Positions 27,893 to 36,290 of a stretch of DNA of 58,715 bases are shown here, piece after piece. Position numbers and translations under genes: made by a program. Origin of the DNA: an uncultured Thermoanaerobaculia bacterium (GTDB taxonomy: Bacteria; Acidobacteriota; Thermoanaerobaculia; Gp7-AA8); NCBI GenBank assembly GCA_964650405.1, contig CAZYTO010000003.1, positions 1 through 58,715 on the forward strand, given 5' to 3'. The notes beneath the pieces are model-generated. The model was not told the origin of the DNA, made no database searches, and was given only the letters and a program-made list of their open reading frames with translations. Position 1 is the first letter of the stretch, and each line of letters begins with the position of its first letter.

Positions 27893-29392
27893 TCACTCCA
27901 ACTTCTTCATCTTCGGCCACGCTTTCCGCAGGTCCCAGCCGCGCGGATGCTGGACGAGGAAGAGGGTGAAGTGTTCCTGGTCCATGGCGTAGGGGTGGCC
28001 GATCTCGGCCATCGGTTTCACCACGGCGAACTTGCGCTCCAGGGTCTCCCGGTCGTCGCCGAGGACGAGGAGGCTGTCACCGGTGTACTGGCGAGGACCC
28101 CAGGTCCAGTTGGAGACGTGCGTACCGATCGATTTCGGCAGACCGTAGCGCGGTCCGTAGAAGTCGATCGCGCCTGACTGTCCGTAGTCATTGCCGAAGA
28201 TGGCCGTCTGCGCGCGCTGGTCGGGAGGAAGGCTGTACCAGGCATGGGCCACGGTGGCGACCATCTCCGGCCAGCCGAAGCGGTCGGCGAAGAGCTGCGG
28301 CATGGACGTCGTCTTGCGATGTTCGAAGCGCGGCTGCTGCAGGTGGGTGAGCTGCGTGTAGCGCTCGTAGGCCGCAGGCGGGAGCACGGGCACGAGAATC
28401 GGCGCGATGAGCGCGCCACCGATGGCGATGAGCGCGGCATAGGCGACCCCGAGCCAGCGGCGCTGCTCCGTGGCGCGCTCGAGAGTGACAGCGCCGGCGG
28501 CGATGAGCATGACGAAGGCCGGGAAGAGGTAGTAGAAGCGCCCGTTCGCCGCAAGCAGCACCGCGAAGGCAATGAGCCAGGTAAGACCGAGGACGCGGAA
28601 GCGCTTCTGCGCGCCGAAGAGGAGCGACACGAGGCCGGCGATCCACACCGGCGCCGCCACCGGGCTGGCCATCAAGCCGTCGAAAAGCAGGAAGACCAGA
28701 GGGTTCATCTGTACATCGCGGCCGTTGCGCTTGATGTTGGCCAGCATCTCCACGTGCGGAAAGTGATTGCGGATCTCCCACAAAAGGTTCGGCAGGAAGA
28801 TGGTGAAGGCGATCACGCCGGCCAGCACGAACCAGCGGTTGAACATGAGCTTCCGATCCGCAGTGAGCAGCAACGCCATGACGATCGAGAACCCGAAGAC
28901 GAGCATCGTGTGCTTGTTCAAAAGCCCGACGCCCGACAGCAGACCGAAGACTAGCCACCAGCGCGGATCGCCGCCTTTCAGGATGCGCACGACGACGATG
29001 GCGCAGCCGGTCCAGATCAGCGGCTCGATGGCATTCATCGACAGGTAACTGCAGAACACGAGGTATCCGGGCGCCACCGCGACGACCAGCGCCGCCACGA
29101 TCTGCGCGAACCGCCCCCCGCCCAGCTCGCGCACCAGCACTCCCGCCAGCAGCACCAGCCCCGCCCCCGCCAGCGAGGGGAAGAGGCGGATGGAGTACGG
29201 CGAGTCGCCGAAGAGATGCCGGGTCAGCCAGGCCTGGAAGGCCGTAAGCGGCGGCATGTCGATGAACCCCCAAGCCAGGTGCTGCCCGCAGGCCAGGAAG
29301 TACAGCTCGTCGATGAAGAAGCCGTAGAGCGTCGCCGTGGCCATGTGGAAGGCGAGGGTGAGCGTGGCGAGCAGGGCAACGATTCTGTTCAT
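27893..29392 (-). CDS. ArnT/PMT-like (GT39/GT83) membrane glycosyltransferase
   Basis: FIDELYFLACGQHLAWGFIDMPPL, IRLFP, SMNAIEP, GLLNKHTM, FLPNLLW. Confidence 0.87.
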   Translation of the reverse strand: MNRIVALLATLTLAFHMATATLYGFFIDELYFLACGQHLAWGFIDMPPLTAFQAWLTRHLFGDSPYSIRLFPSLAGAGLVLLAGVLVRELGGGRFAQIVAALVVAVAPGYLVFCSYLSMNAIEPLIWTGCAIVVVRILKGGDPRWWLVFGLLSGVGLLNKHTMLVFGFSIVMALLLTADRKLMFNRWFVLAGVIAFTIFLPNLLWEIRNHFPHVEMLANIKRNGRDVQMNPLVFLLFDGLMASPVAAPVWIAGLVSLLFGAQKRFRVLGLTWLIAFAVLLAANGRFYYLFPAFVMLIAAGAVTLERATEQRRWLGVAYAALIAIGGALIAPILVPVLPPAAYERYTQLTHLQQPRFEHRKTTSMPQLFADRFGWPEMVATVAHAWYSLPPDQRAQTAIFGNDYGQSGAIDFYGPRYGLPKSIGTHVSNWTWGPRQYTGDSLLVLGDDRETLERKFAVVKPMAEIGHPYAMDQEHFTLFLVQHPRGWDLRKAWPKMKKLE

Positions 29393-29453
29393 GCGCGGCA
29401 AGATCGGCTCGCGCCGCAGCCGGGGCCACGAGTTTGGGACGGGCGGAGGGGAA

Positions 29454-29576
29454 GGGGGATGAGCGGCTTGAAGTGAGGAGTGGTTAGAAGGTGAGTGGCT
29501 AGGCTTCTTCGGCCTGCCCTGGTACACCTAACCACTCACCTTCGAACCACTCCTCACTTCAAGCCGCTCATCCCCC
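29454..29576. repeat. 50-bp near-perfect inverted repeat (2 mismatches, 23-nt loop)
   Basis: 29454-29503 gggggatgagcggcttgaagtgaggagtggttagaaggtgagtggctagg versus the reverse complement of 29527-29576. Confidence 0.93.
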
Positions 29577-29637
29577 CATCCCTCCTTTCATCCCACAGGA
29601 GAAGCGCGCGGCCGCCGGTCGCGTTACTCTCCTCACC

Positions 29638-30678
29638 GTGCGCGTCAAGCCCGCAATTCTCATCTTCCTGGCCTTCACCTTCATCGGGCTGCTGAACTTC
29701 AGCATCGTCGAGGCGAGCTGGCTGGCGGAGGAAAACAGCCGCGCGGCGAAGTATCCGTTCGTCTGGGAGATCACCGGTGCCTACGGCGTGCTTCTGCTCC
29801 TTCCCGCGCTGCTCTTCGTCTTTCGCCGGTGGCCGATCGACCGGCTCTCGCGCGTGCCCCTGCACGTGGCCGTCTTCGTGACCTTCGCGGTCTCGCACAC
29901 GCTGCTGATGTGGGGCAGCCGTGAGGTGATTTACCGCCTCCTTGGATGGGGAACGTACGACTACGGCGCGATGCGTTACCGCTTCCTCATGGAGGGGCAG
30001 AAGCAGATCATCATCTACGTCGCCCTCTACGGCCTCCTCCGTTTCCTGGCCTACCTGCGCGTCAACCGGGAGCGCGACGCCCAGCTCACCGAGGCGCGGC
30101 TGGCGGCGCTGAAGATGCAGTTGCAGCCGCACTTCCTCTTCAACGCCCTGAACATGATCGCCTCGCACGTCCGCGACGATCCGGAGACGGCCGCGGCGAT
30201 GATCGAGCACCTCTCCAGCTTCCTCCGGGCGACGCTGCGCAGCTCCGCGGCACAGGAAGTACCGCTGCGGGAGGAGATCGACTTCCTCGACAGTTACCTG
30301 GCCATCATGAAAGCGCGCTTCGAGGAGCGTCTGCGCGTAGACGTCACCCTTCCTGCCGACGTGCGGGAAACGCTCGTGCCCCACCTGCTGCTGCAGCCGG
30401 TCGTCGAGAACTCGATCACGCACTCGCTGAAGGACCACGCCCGCCGCGCCGAGATCCGCATCGCCGCCGAGCACCGCGGCGACCGCCTGCGGCTGACGAT
30501 CGAAGACAACGGCCCCGGCCTCCGTGAGGACGCCGCCGTCTCCGGCAACGGCATCGGCCTGGCCAATACGCAGGCCCGGCTCCGTCACCTGTACGGCGAC
30601 CGGCAGCAGCTCACGCTCGCCAACCGCGACGAGGGCGGTCTGCGCTTGACCATCGAACTGCCGTGGAGAACGGCGTGA
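29638..30678 (+). CDS. LytS/YehU-type membrane sensor histidine kinase
   Basis: Four TM helices; LAALKMQLQPHFLFNALN; EVPLREEIDFLDSYL; LQPVVENSI; DNGPG; GIGLAN. Confidence 0.93.
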   Translation: MRVKPAILIFLAFTFIGLLNFSIVEASWLAEENSRAAKYPFVWEITGAYGVLLLLPALLFVFRRWPIDRLSRVPLHVAVFVTFAVSHTLLMWGSREVIYRLLGWGTYDYGAMRYRFLMEGQKQIIIYVALYGLLRFLAYLRVNRERDAQLTEARLAALKMQLQPHFLFNALNMIASHVRDDPETAAAMIEHLSSFLRATLRSSAAQEVPLREEIDFLDSYLAIMKARFEERLRVDVTLPADVRETLVPHLLLQPVVENSITHSLKDHARRAEIRIAAEHRGDRLRLTIEDNGPGLREDAAVSGNGIGLANTQARLRHLYGDRQQLTLANRDEGGLRLTIELPWRTA

Positions 30679-31424
30679 CGGCGCAGGTCAGCACGCGGGT
30701 CCTCATTGCCGACGACGAGGCTCCCGCCCGCCGCCTGGTGCGCTCGTACCTCGGCGGCCGCGAGCACGTCGAAGTGATCGGCGAGGCGGAGAACGGCCTG
30801 GAGGTCGTCGATGCCGTCCGCTCGCTCGAGCCGCAACTGGTCATCCTCGACATCCAGATGCCCGGCATGACCGGCTTCGAGGCCATCGAAGCCATCGGCG
30901 CCGAGCACATGCCGGCCGTCATCTTCGCCACCGCCTACGACGAGTTCGCCCTCCGCGCCTTCGACGTCCACGCCGTCGACTACCTGCTCAAGCCCTTCTC
31001 GCGCGACCGCTTCGACCGGGCCTTCGACCGCGCCCTCACCCAGATCGGGAGTGACCGGCAGAACATCACCCGCCTCATCGCCTCGCTGCCGCAGACACCG
31101 GCGCACCTCGAGCGCCTCGTCGTGCGTCACGGCGAGCGGCTCTTCTTCGTCGCCGCGCGCGACATCCTCCACCTCACCGCCGAAGGCAACTACGTCCGCG
31201 TCCACACCGCCGGCGGCGCGCATCTGATCCGCGGCACGCTGGCCGACCTCGAGACGCGTCTCGACCCGGGCCGCTTCGCCCGCATCCACCGCTCCGGCGT
31301 CGTCAACATCGACGCCATCCAGGAGGTGCGTGCCCACGCTCACGGCGACTACCTCATCGTGCTGAACACCGGGGCCGTCCTCCGACTCTCGCGGCGCTAT
31401 CGGGAACGGCTGCTGGGCGAGTGA
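30675..31424 (+). CDS. LytTR family response regulator
   Basis: IADDE, LDIQMPG, FATAYDEFAL, DYLLKP; LytTR AEGNYV...FARIHRSGVVN; GTGA overlap with the kinase stop. Confidence 0.93.
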   Translation: MTAQVSTRVLIADDEAPARRLVRSYLGGREHVEVIGEAENGLEVVDAVRSLEPQLVILDIQMPGMTGFEAIEAIGAEHMPAVIFATAYDEFALRAFDVHAVDYLLKPFSRDRFDRAFDRALTQIGSDRQNITRLIASLPQTPAHLERLVVRHGERLFFVAARDILHLTAEGNYVRVHTAGGAHLIRGTLADLETRLDPGRFARIHRSGVVNIDAIQEVRAHAHGDYLIVLNTGAVLRLSRRYRERLLGE

Positions 31425-31632
31425 TCTACCTCGTCTCACCTTCGCGAGCGGTGGTTATTCGCATCTTCGTGTCCCGTCATGGAAAGCGCCCGGTGCAAGC
31501 TCCTCCAGCACGCCCATCGTTTTCATGACGCGCAAACAACGCCTTCATCCTCAAATGGTTGAGGCTGTTCCCTTCTTTTGGGAAACGTGACCCACATCAC
31601 GCGCGGGGCCACTGCACAGCCGAAGATGGAGG

Positions 31633-32604
31633 GTGATGACAGCTCCTCCGCGCCGCCGTTGGAACGACGATCGTCAGTCCAAGGCCGGCGAACCGGTGGC
31701 CCTCGTCGTCGAGCACGACGGGGCGTATCGCGACTACCTCGCTTCGCTGGCACGGCGCATCGGTTTTGCCGCCGAAGAGGCAAGCGACGGCGACACCGCC
31801 ATGGCTTCGCTGGCCCGAACGCCCGCGGACTTCATCATGGTCGACCAGGACGTGCCGCGCCTGAGCGGTGTGGACCTCATCTCGCGCGTGCGGTCGGACG
31901 AAGAAGTGAAGGACGTCTATGCGGTGATGCTCACCGGCCGCGATGACGTGAACATGAAGCTCTCGGCCCTCGCCGCCGGCTTCGACGACCTGGTGCCCAA
32001 GAGCTCCGCCGAGGAAGAGCTGCTGGCCAAGATCACCGCGGCGCGGCGCATCGTGGCCCGGCAGCGGGCGCTCGCCGAGAAGATGCACGAGATGTACGGC
32101 CTGGCCATGCACGACGAGCTGACCGGGGTCTTCAACCGCCGCTTTCTCCTCGCCGAGCTCACCCGCCTGCTCAACAACGGCGCCAGCGTCGGCCTCGTGC
32201 TGTTCGACCTCGACGACTTCAAGGTGGTCAACGACACGTTCGGCCACCTGGCGGGCGACCGCGTGCTCCGCGACCTCGGTGCGCTGTTCCACGGCACCAC
32301 CCGCCCCGACGATCTGATCGCCCGCTACGGCGGCGACGAGTTCGTGCTCATCACCCGCGACGTTCCCGCAAACGAGCTCACCCGCATCGCCGACCGCATC
32401 GCCGGCGAGATCCGCAGCCTGAAGTGGTCCACCGGCGAATCGACCTTCGGCATCAACGTCACGTCCGGCGTGGCCGCCTCGGCAAGCGCCGCCTCCCCTC
32501 TCGAGCTGCTCGAAGCCGTCGACCGCGCCCTCTACCGCAGCAAGGGCGCGCGCAAGAGACCGGAGAGAGGCCCGGAACCGGCAAAGATCGAATTGATCCG
32601 CTGA
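31633..32604 (+). CDS. Receiver-GGDEF diguanylate cyclase
   Basis: Receiver (IMVDQDVP, DDLVPK); HDELTGVFNRR, DLDDFKVVNDTFGHLAGD, I-site RPDD, RYGGDEF. Confidence 0.92.
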   Translation: MMTAPPRRRWNDDRQSKAGEPVALVVEHDGAYRDYLASLARRIGFAAEEASDGDTAMASLARTPADFIMVDQDVPRLSGVDLISRVRSDEEVKDVYAVMLTGRDDVNMKLSALAAGFDDLVPKSSAEEELLAKITAARRIVARQRALAEKMHEMYGLAMHDELTGVFNRRFLLAELTRLLNNGASVGLVLFDLDDFKVVNDTFGHLAGDRVLRDLGALFHGTTRPDDLIARYGGDEFVLITRDVPANELTRIADRIAGEIRSLKWSTGESTFGINVTSGVAASASAASPLELLEAVDRALYRSKGARKRPERGPEPAKIELIR

Positions 32605-32649
32605 CGCGGGTACGGCGTTGCGGGGTAACCCTGTCACCCCAGCACCCGC
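32605..32649. repeat. Short degenerate family J hairpin between convergent genes
   Basis: gcgggtacggcgttgcgggg/taaccctgtcaccccagcacccgc. Confidence 0.5.
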
Positions 32650-32652
32650 TTC

Positions 32653-33630
32653 TCACTTCTGCCCGAAGAAGAACTGGAATGGCAGGTGGCTGCGCATGGC
32701 CCAGAAGCGCTCGTTGTGCAGGTCGTGCGGGAAGGCGAAGTAGAGCAGGTCGCGGCCGAACGTGTAGCCGCGGCGGACAAGGAGGTCGCGCATGCTGCGG
32801 GTCACCTCGTAGTTGTCGCCCGGCCAGCCGCTGTCCAGGTAGAAGCGGACGTCGCGCTTCGGCTCGTTCGCCACGCGCTCGAGCAGGTCGTCGTTGTAGG
32901 TGAACGTGCTGGACATGCACGCGGCATTGCCGAAGACGTCCGGCCACTGCCAGCCGAGGTAGAACGAGACCACGCCTCCCAGCGAGGAGCCCATCACCGC
33001 AGTGTTCTTCGCATCCGGCAGCGTGCGGTAGTCACGGTCGATCGACGGTTTAACCCCCCCCACGGGGAACCGGCCGTAGTCGACGTAGCCGTCGGGCGTG
33101 TATTCGTGCATCCGGCCCCGCGAGTAGATGCCGACGACGAGGACCTCGTCGATGATGTTCATGGCGTCGAGCGTGTTCATCGTCTCGTCCACCCGCCACT
33201 CGTTCCCGCCGTACGCCTCCTCCGGAAAGAAGAGGTTCTGCCCGTCGTGCATGTAGAGCACGGGATAGCGCTTGAGCGGGTTCTCGTCATAGCCGGGCGG
33301 ATGGAAGACGCGGAAGCGGTGGCCGTCCAGCTCCGTCAGCGCGCAGGCGTTGCAGTGCGGCTCGGCCGTGAAGTGCGGATAGACCTCCTTCGCCGCCGCA
33401 TCCGTGGTGATGACGAGATAGTTGTCACCCTGCGACCAGGTGACGGTGTCTCCGTCGCGGAGGAGGGGCTTGAAGTAGACGAACGGCCGCTCGGCGGGAA
33501 GGACGAACTCGAAACGGCCGGTAGCGACGGCGTCCGGCTCGACGTCGCGCTCCCAGTCGTCGTCGGTACGAAGGATCAGCGCGCCGTCCTGGAGCGGGTA
33601 ATGAACGACGATCCGTACATCAGCAGCCAT
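32653..33630 (-). CDS. Alpha/beta-hydrolase (putative esterase family) with an N-terminal beta-sandwich
   Basis: YPVLYMHDGQNLF, GSSLGG nucleophile, YLDSG, HNERFW. Confidence 0.85.
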   Translation of the reverse strand: MAADVRIVVHYPLQDGALILRTDDDWERDVEPDAVATGRFEFVLPAERPFVYFKPLLRDGDTVTWSQGDNYLVITTDAAAKEVYPHFTAEPHCNACALTELDGHRFRVFHPPGYDENPLKRYPVLYMHDGQNLFFPEEAYGGNEWRVDETMNTLDAMNIIDEVLVVGIYSRGRMHEYTPDGYVDYGRFPVGGVKPSIDRDYRTLPDAKNTAVMGSSLGGVVSFYLGWQWPDVFGNAACMSSTFTYNDDLLERVANEPKRDVRFYLDSGWPGDNYEVTRSMRDLLVRRGYTFGRDLLYFAFPHDLHNERFWAMRSHLPFQFFFGQK

Positions 33631-33845
33631 GCCAGAAGCCCCCAGAAGGAGACGTTGACCATCATGAGCGCGACCACGACGGCGCTCCGCGCGCGGAGGG
33701 AGAGGTCGCCGAAGCCGCCCTGCGGAAACACGATGTGCAGCACCGTGAAGGCCGGCCAGGCCGGCCACTCCCACGACCCGAACCACGCTCCGAGCGTGAC
33801 CCCGAGGCCGATGAGAGCGGCGGTGAACCCCCGGCTGATTCTCAT
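33576..33845 (-). CDS. Small two-TM hypothetical protein (89 aa)
   Basis: MRISRGFTAALIGLGVTLGAW...VNVSFWGLLAWLL; ATGA-coupled to the upstream SDR; overlaps the esterase start by 55 nt. Confidence 0.55.
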   Translation of the reverse strand: MRISRGFTAALIGLGVTLGAWFGSWEWPAWPAFTVLHIVFPQGGFGDLSLRARSAVVVALMMVNVSFWGLLAWLLMYGSSFITRSRTAR

Positions 33846-34480
33846 GCCGGCAGCGGAATGAGGGCGCCATGGACCTTGGCGGCCTCCTCGGACAGAAGAA
33901 AGGCGATCGTCTCCGCGACCGACGCCAGCGGAACGCGGCGTGCGTCGGGCATCGCCTTGCGGGACGCCGGCGTGTCGAGCGTGTCCGGCAATAGGGCGTT
34001 CGCGGTGATGGGCGTTCCGGCCAGTTCCGCGGCCGCGACCTGAATGAGCGTGTTCAGCCCGCCCTTGGCGATCTGGTAGGCCGCGGAGCCCGCGGACCGC
34101 GACAACGTGGCGATGGAGCTGATGGCCACGATCCGTCCAGGCGCATCCCGCCGCATCGCCTGCATGGCCTCCCGAAGGATGAAGAACGAGCTGGTGAGAT
34201 TGAGGCCGATCATCGACTGCCAGGCGTCCGTCGCCGTCTGCGAGAGTACACCTCCGGCGTAGCCGCCGGCCATGTGCACGAGGCCGTAGGGCGCACCGAA
34301 CCGCGACACCGCCGCCGCGACCACAGCGCGGACGCTCGCCTCGTCGCTCAGGTCGGCCTGGATCGAATGTTCCCCGACCGGCTCGCGCGTCAGCAGAACG
34401 CAGCGATAGTCGCGGGACAGGCGCCCCACCACCGTCGTTCCCAGGCCGCCCGTGCCTCCGGTCACCAACAGAGTTTTCAT
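33842..34480 (-). CDS. Short-chain dehydrogenase/reductase
   Basis: TGGTGGLG, YQIAK, ANALLPDTLDTP. Confidence 0.88.
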   Translation of the reverse strand: MKTLLVTGGTGGLGTTVVGRLSRDYRCVLLTREPVGEHSIQADLSDEASVRAVVAAAVSRFGAPYGLVHMAGGYAGGVLSQTATDAWQSMIGLNLTSSFFILREAMQAMRRDAPGRIVAISSIATLSRSAGSAAYQIAKGGLNTLIQVAAAELAGTPITANALLPDTLDTPASRKAMPDARRVPLASVAETIAFLLSEEAAKVHGALIPLPA

Positions 34481-34535
34481 CGCTCCACTGCCTCCTGCAC
34501 GTGTCGTTGCATGCTACACGCCTCGCACGTGGCCG

Positions 34536-34584
34536 GGGGTCGGGTTGGTTTGGCGGGTTGCGAGGTTGCGGGGTTGCGGCTTGC
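34536..34584. repeat. Family J octamer (GGGTTGCG) arm
   Basis: gcgggttgcgaggttgcggggttgcggc. Confidence 0.7.
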
Positions 34585-34637
34585 TCTGCCAATCCGTTCA
34601 CCATCTCCCTTCGTACATCGGGCAAAGGAGAGACGAG

Positions 34638-34922
34638 ATGGCCACCATCATGCTCATGCACTGGCCCGAGGTGACGGAAGGGCAGTACCAGGAAGCGCGA
34701 AAGCTCGTGAACTGGGAAGGCAATGTCCCCAAGGGCGCGAAGTTCCACACCTCCTGGTTCGCCGGCGACGGGTTTCATGTCTTCGACCTCTGGGACACCC
34801 AGGACGACTTCGACGCGTTCCTCCGCGAGCGCCTCGGCCCCGCCATCGCCCAGATCGGCATCCAGGGACAGCCGAACGTCCAGTTCGAAACGTCCCTGGC
34901 GATCTTTGCGCCGAATCCATAG
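34638..34922 (+). CDS. Small dimeric alpha+beta barrel (ABM-like) hypothetical protein
   Basis: AAAGGAG SD; MATIMLMHWPEV...FHVFDLWDTQDDFDAF...LGP pattern. Confidence 0.75.
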   Translation: MATIMLMHWPEVTEGQYQEARKLVNWEGNVPKGAKFHTSWFAGDGFHVFDLWDTQDDFDAFLRERLGPAIAQIGIQGQPNVQFETSLAIFAPNP

Positions 34923-34930
34923 CAAGAAAA

Positions 34931-35016
34931 GAGTGCCGAGTGCTGAGTGCCGAGGGCGGTACGAAGGCACTCGGCACCCCTCAGCACTCAGTACCCGGCA
35001 CTCAGCACTCGGCACT
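34931..35016. repeat. Family B heptamer hairpin
   Basis: gagtgccgagtgctgagtgccgag ... gcactcggcacccctcagcactcagtacccggcactcagcactcggcact. Confidence 0.88.
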
Positions 35017-35043
35017 TGCTCCCGCGTGTACCATGCGCGCGCG

Positions 35044-36237
35044 ATGAAGCTCCGTGCGCTTTCTCTCCTCGCTCTCGCCGAGCTGCTGGCCATGGGACTC
35101 TGGTTCGGGGTCTCGGCGGTGGCGCCGCAGATTGCGAAGGAGTGGCATCTCGACGACGGAACGACGGCGTGGCTGACGCTTTCCGTGCAGCTCGGGTTCG
35201 TGGCGGGGACGCTCCTGAGCGCGCTGTTCAATCTCGCCGACGTCATCCGCGCCCGGCACCTCTTCGCCCTCAGCGCGTCTCTTGGCGCCGCGGCGAACGC
35301 CGTGCTGGCATGGCAGGTCCACACCGTCGCGCCGGCCATCGCTCTGCGCTTCGTCACCGGCGCCTGCCTGGCCGGCGTCTACCCGCCGGGCATGAAGCTC
35401 GTGGCCACCTGGTACCGGGAAGGACGCGGCTTCGCGCTCGGCGTCATCGTCGGCGCACTCACGCTCGGCAAGGCATCGCCCTATCTCGTCAACGCTTTCG
35501 GTTCGTCGAACTGGCGGACCAACGTCGGCCTGGCTTCCGTCATCGCCTCGGCCGGCGCGCTCGTCGTCGTCTTCTTCGTGCGCGAAGGCCCGTTCGCCCT
35601 GCCCAATCAGCCGTTCGACCTGGCCCAGGTGGCGCAGGTCGTCCGCAACCGCGGCGTACGGCTGGCCAACCTCGGCTACTTCGGCCACATGTGGGAGTTG
35701 TACGCGATGTGGACGTGGACGCCGGTGATGATCCGGGCCAGCCTCGCCGCCACGGGCGACAAGCCGGTCTATGCCGAGGCGGCGTCGTTTCTCGTCATTG
35801 GCAGCGGCGCGCTCGGTTGCATCGCGGCCGGCCGCCTCGCCGATCGCATCGGGCGGACCATCGTGGCCTCGGCGGCCATGGCCGTGAGCGGCGCCTGCTG
35901 CATCGCCATCGGATTCCTCTACGGCGGCGCCCCCATCCCGCTCCTGATCGTCGCCGCGATCTGGGGAGCGACCGTCGTGGCCGACTCGGCGCAGTTCTCC
36001 GCCTGCGTGACTGAGCTCGGCGATCCCCGCTACATCGGCACGGCGCTGACCATGCAGACGTGTATCGGCTTCCTCATCACCACCGCCTCCATCCGCATGA
36101 TGCCGCCCCTCGTGGCCCGCATCGGCTGGCACTATGCCTTTGCCGCCCTGGCCATCGGGCCGTTCCTCGGAATCATCGCCATGCTGCGGCTTCGGGCCGT
36201 CCCGGAGTCGGTGAGGATCGCCCAGGGGCGGAGGTGA
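35044..36237 (+). CDS. MFS transporter
   Basis: About 12 TM helices; LAGVYPPGMK; GYFGHMWELYAMW; AGRLADRIGR motif A; VADSAQFSA. Confidence 0.92.
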   Translation: MKLRALSLLALAELLAMGLWFGVSAVAPQIAKEWHLDDGTTAWLTLSVQLGFVAGTLLSALFNLADVIRARHLFALSASLGAAANAVLAWQVHTVAPAIALRFVTGACLAGVYPPGMKLVATWYREGRGFALGVIVGALTLGKASPYLVNAFGSSNWRTNVGLASVIASAGALVVVFFVREGPFALPNQPFDLAQVAQVVRNRGVRLANLGYFGHMWELYAMWTWTPVMIRASLAATGDKPVYAEAASFLVIGSGALGCIAAGRLADRIGRTIVASAAMAVSGACCIAIGFLYGGAPIPLLIVAAIWGATVVADSAQFSACVTELGDPRYIGTALTMQTCIGFLITTASIRMMPPLVARIGWHYAFAALAIGPFLGIIAMLRLRAVPESVRIAQGRR

Positions 36238-36290
36238 CGTTTCGGGGCCTCCCGCGATCTCGGGACTGATTACATCGTGTGATTGCAAAG

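Noticed and set aside
29638-32604. LytS/LytTR plus GGDEF as a novel signalling system
   Set aside because: All three have canonical motifs and are separated by a 208-bp gap; nothing unusual beyond adjacency
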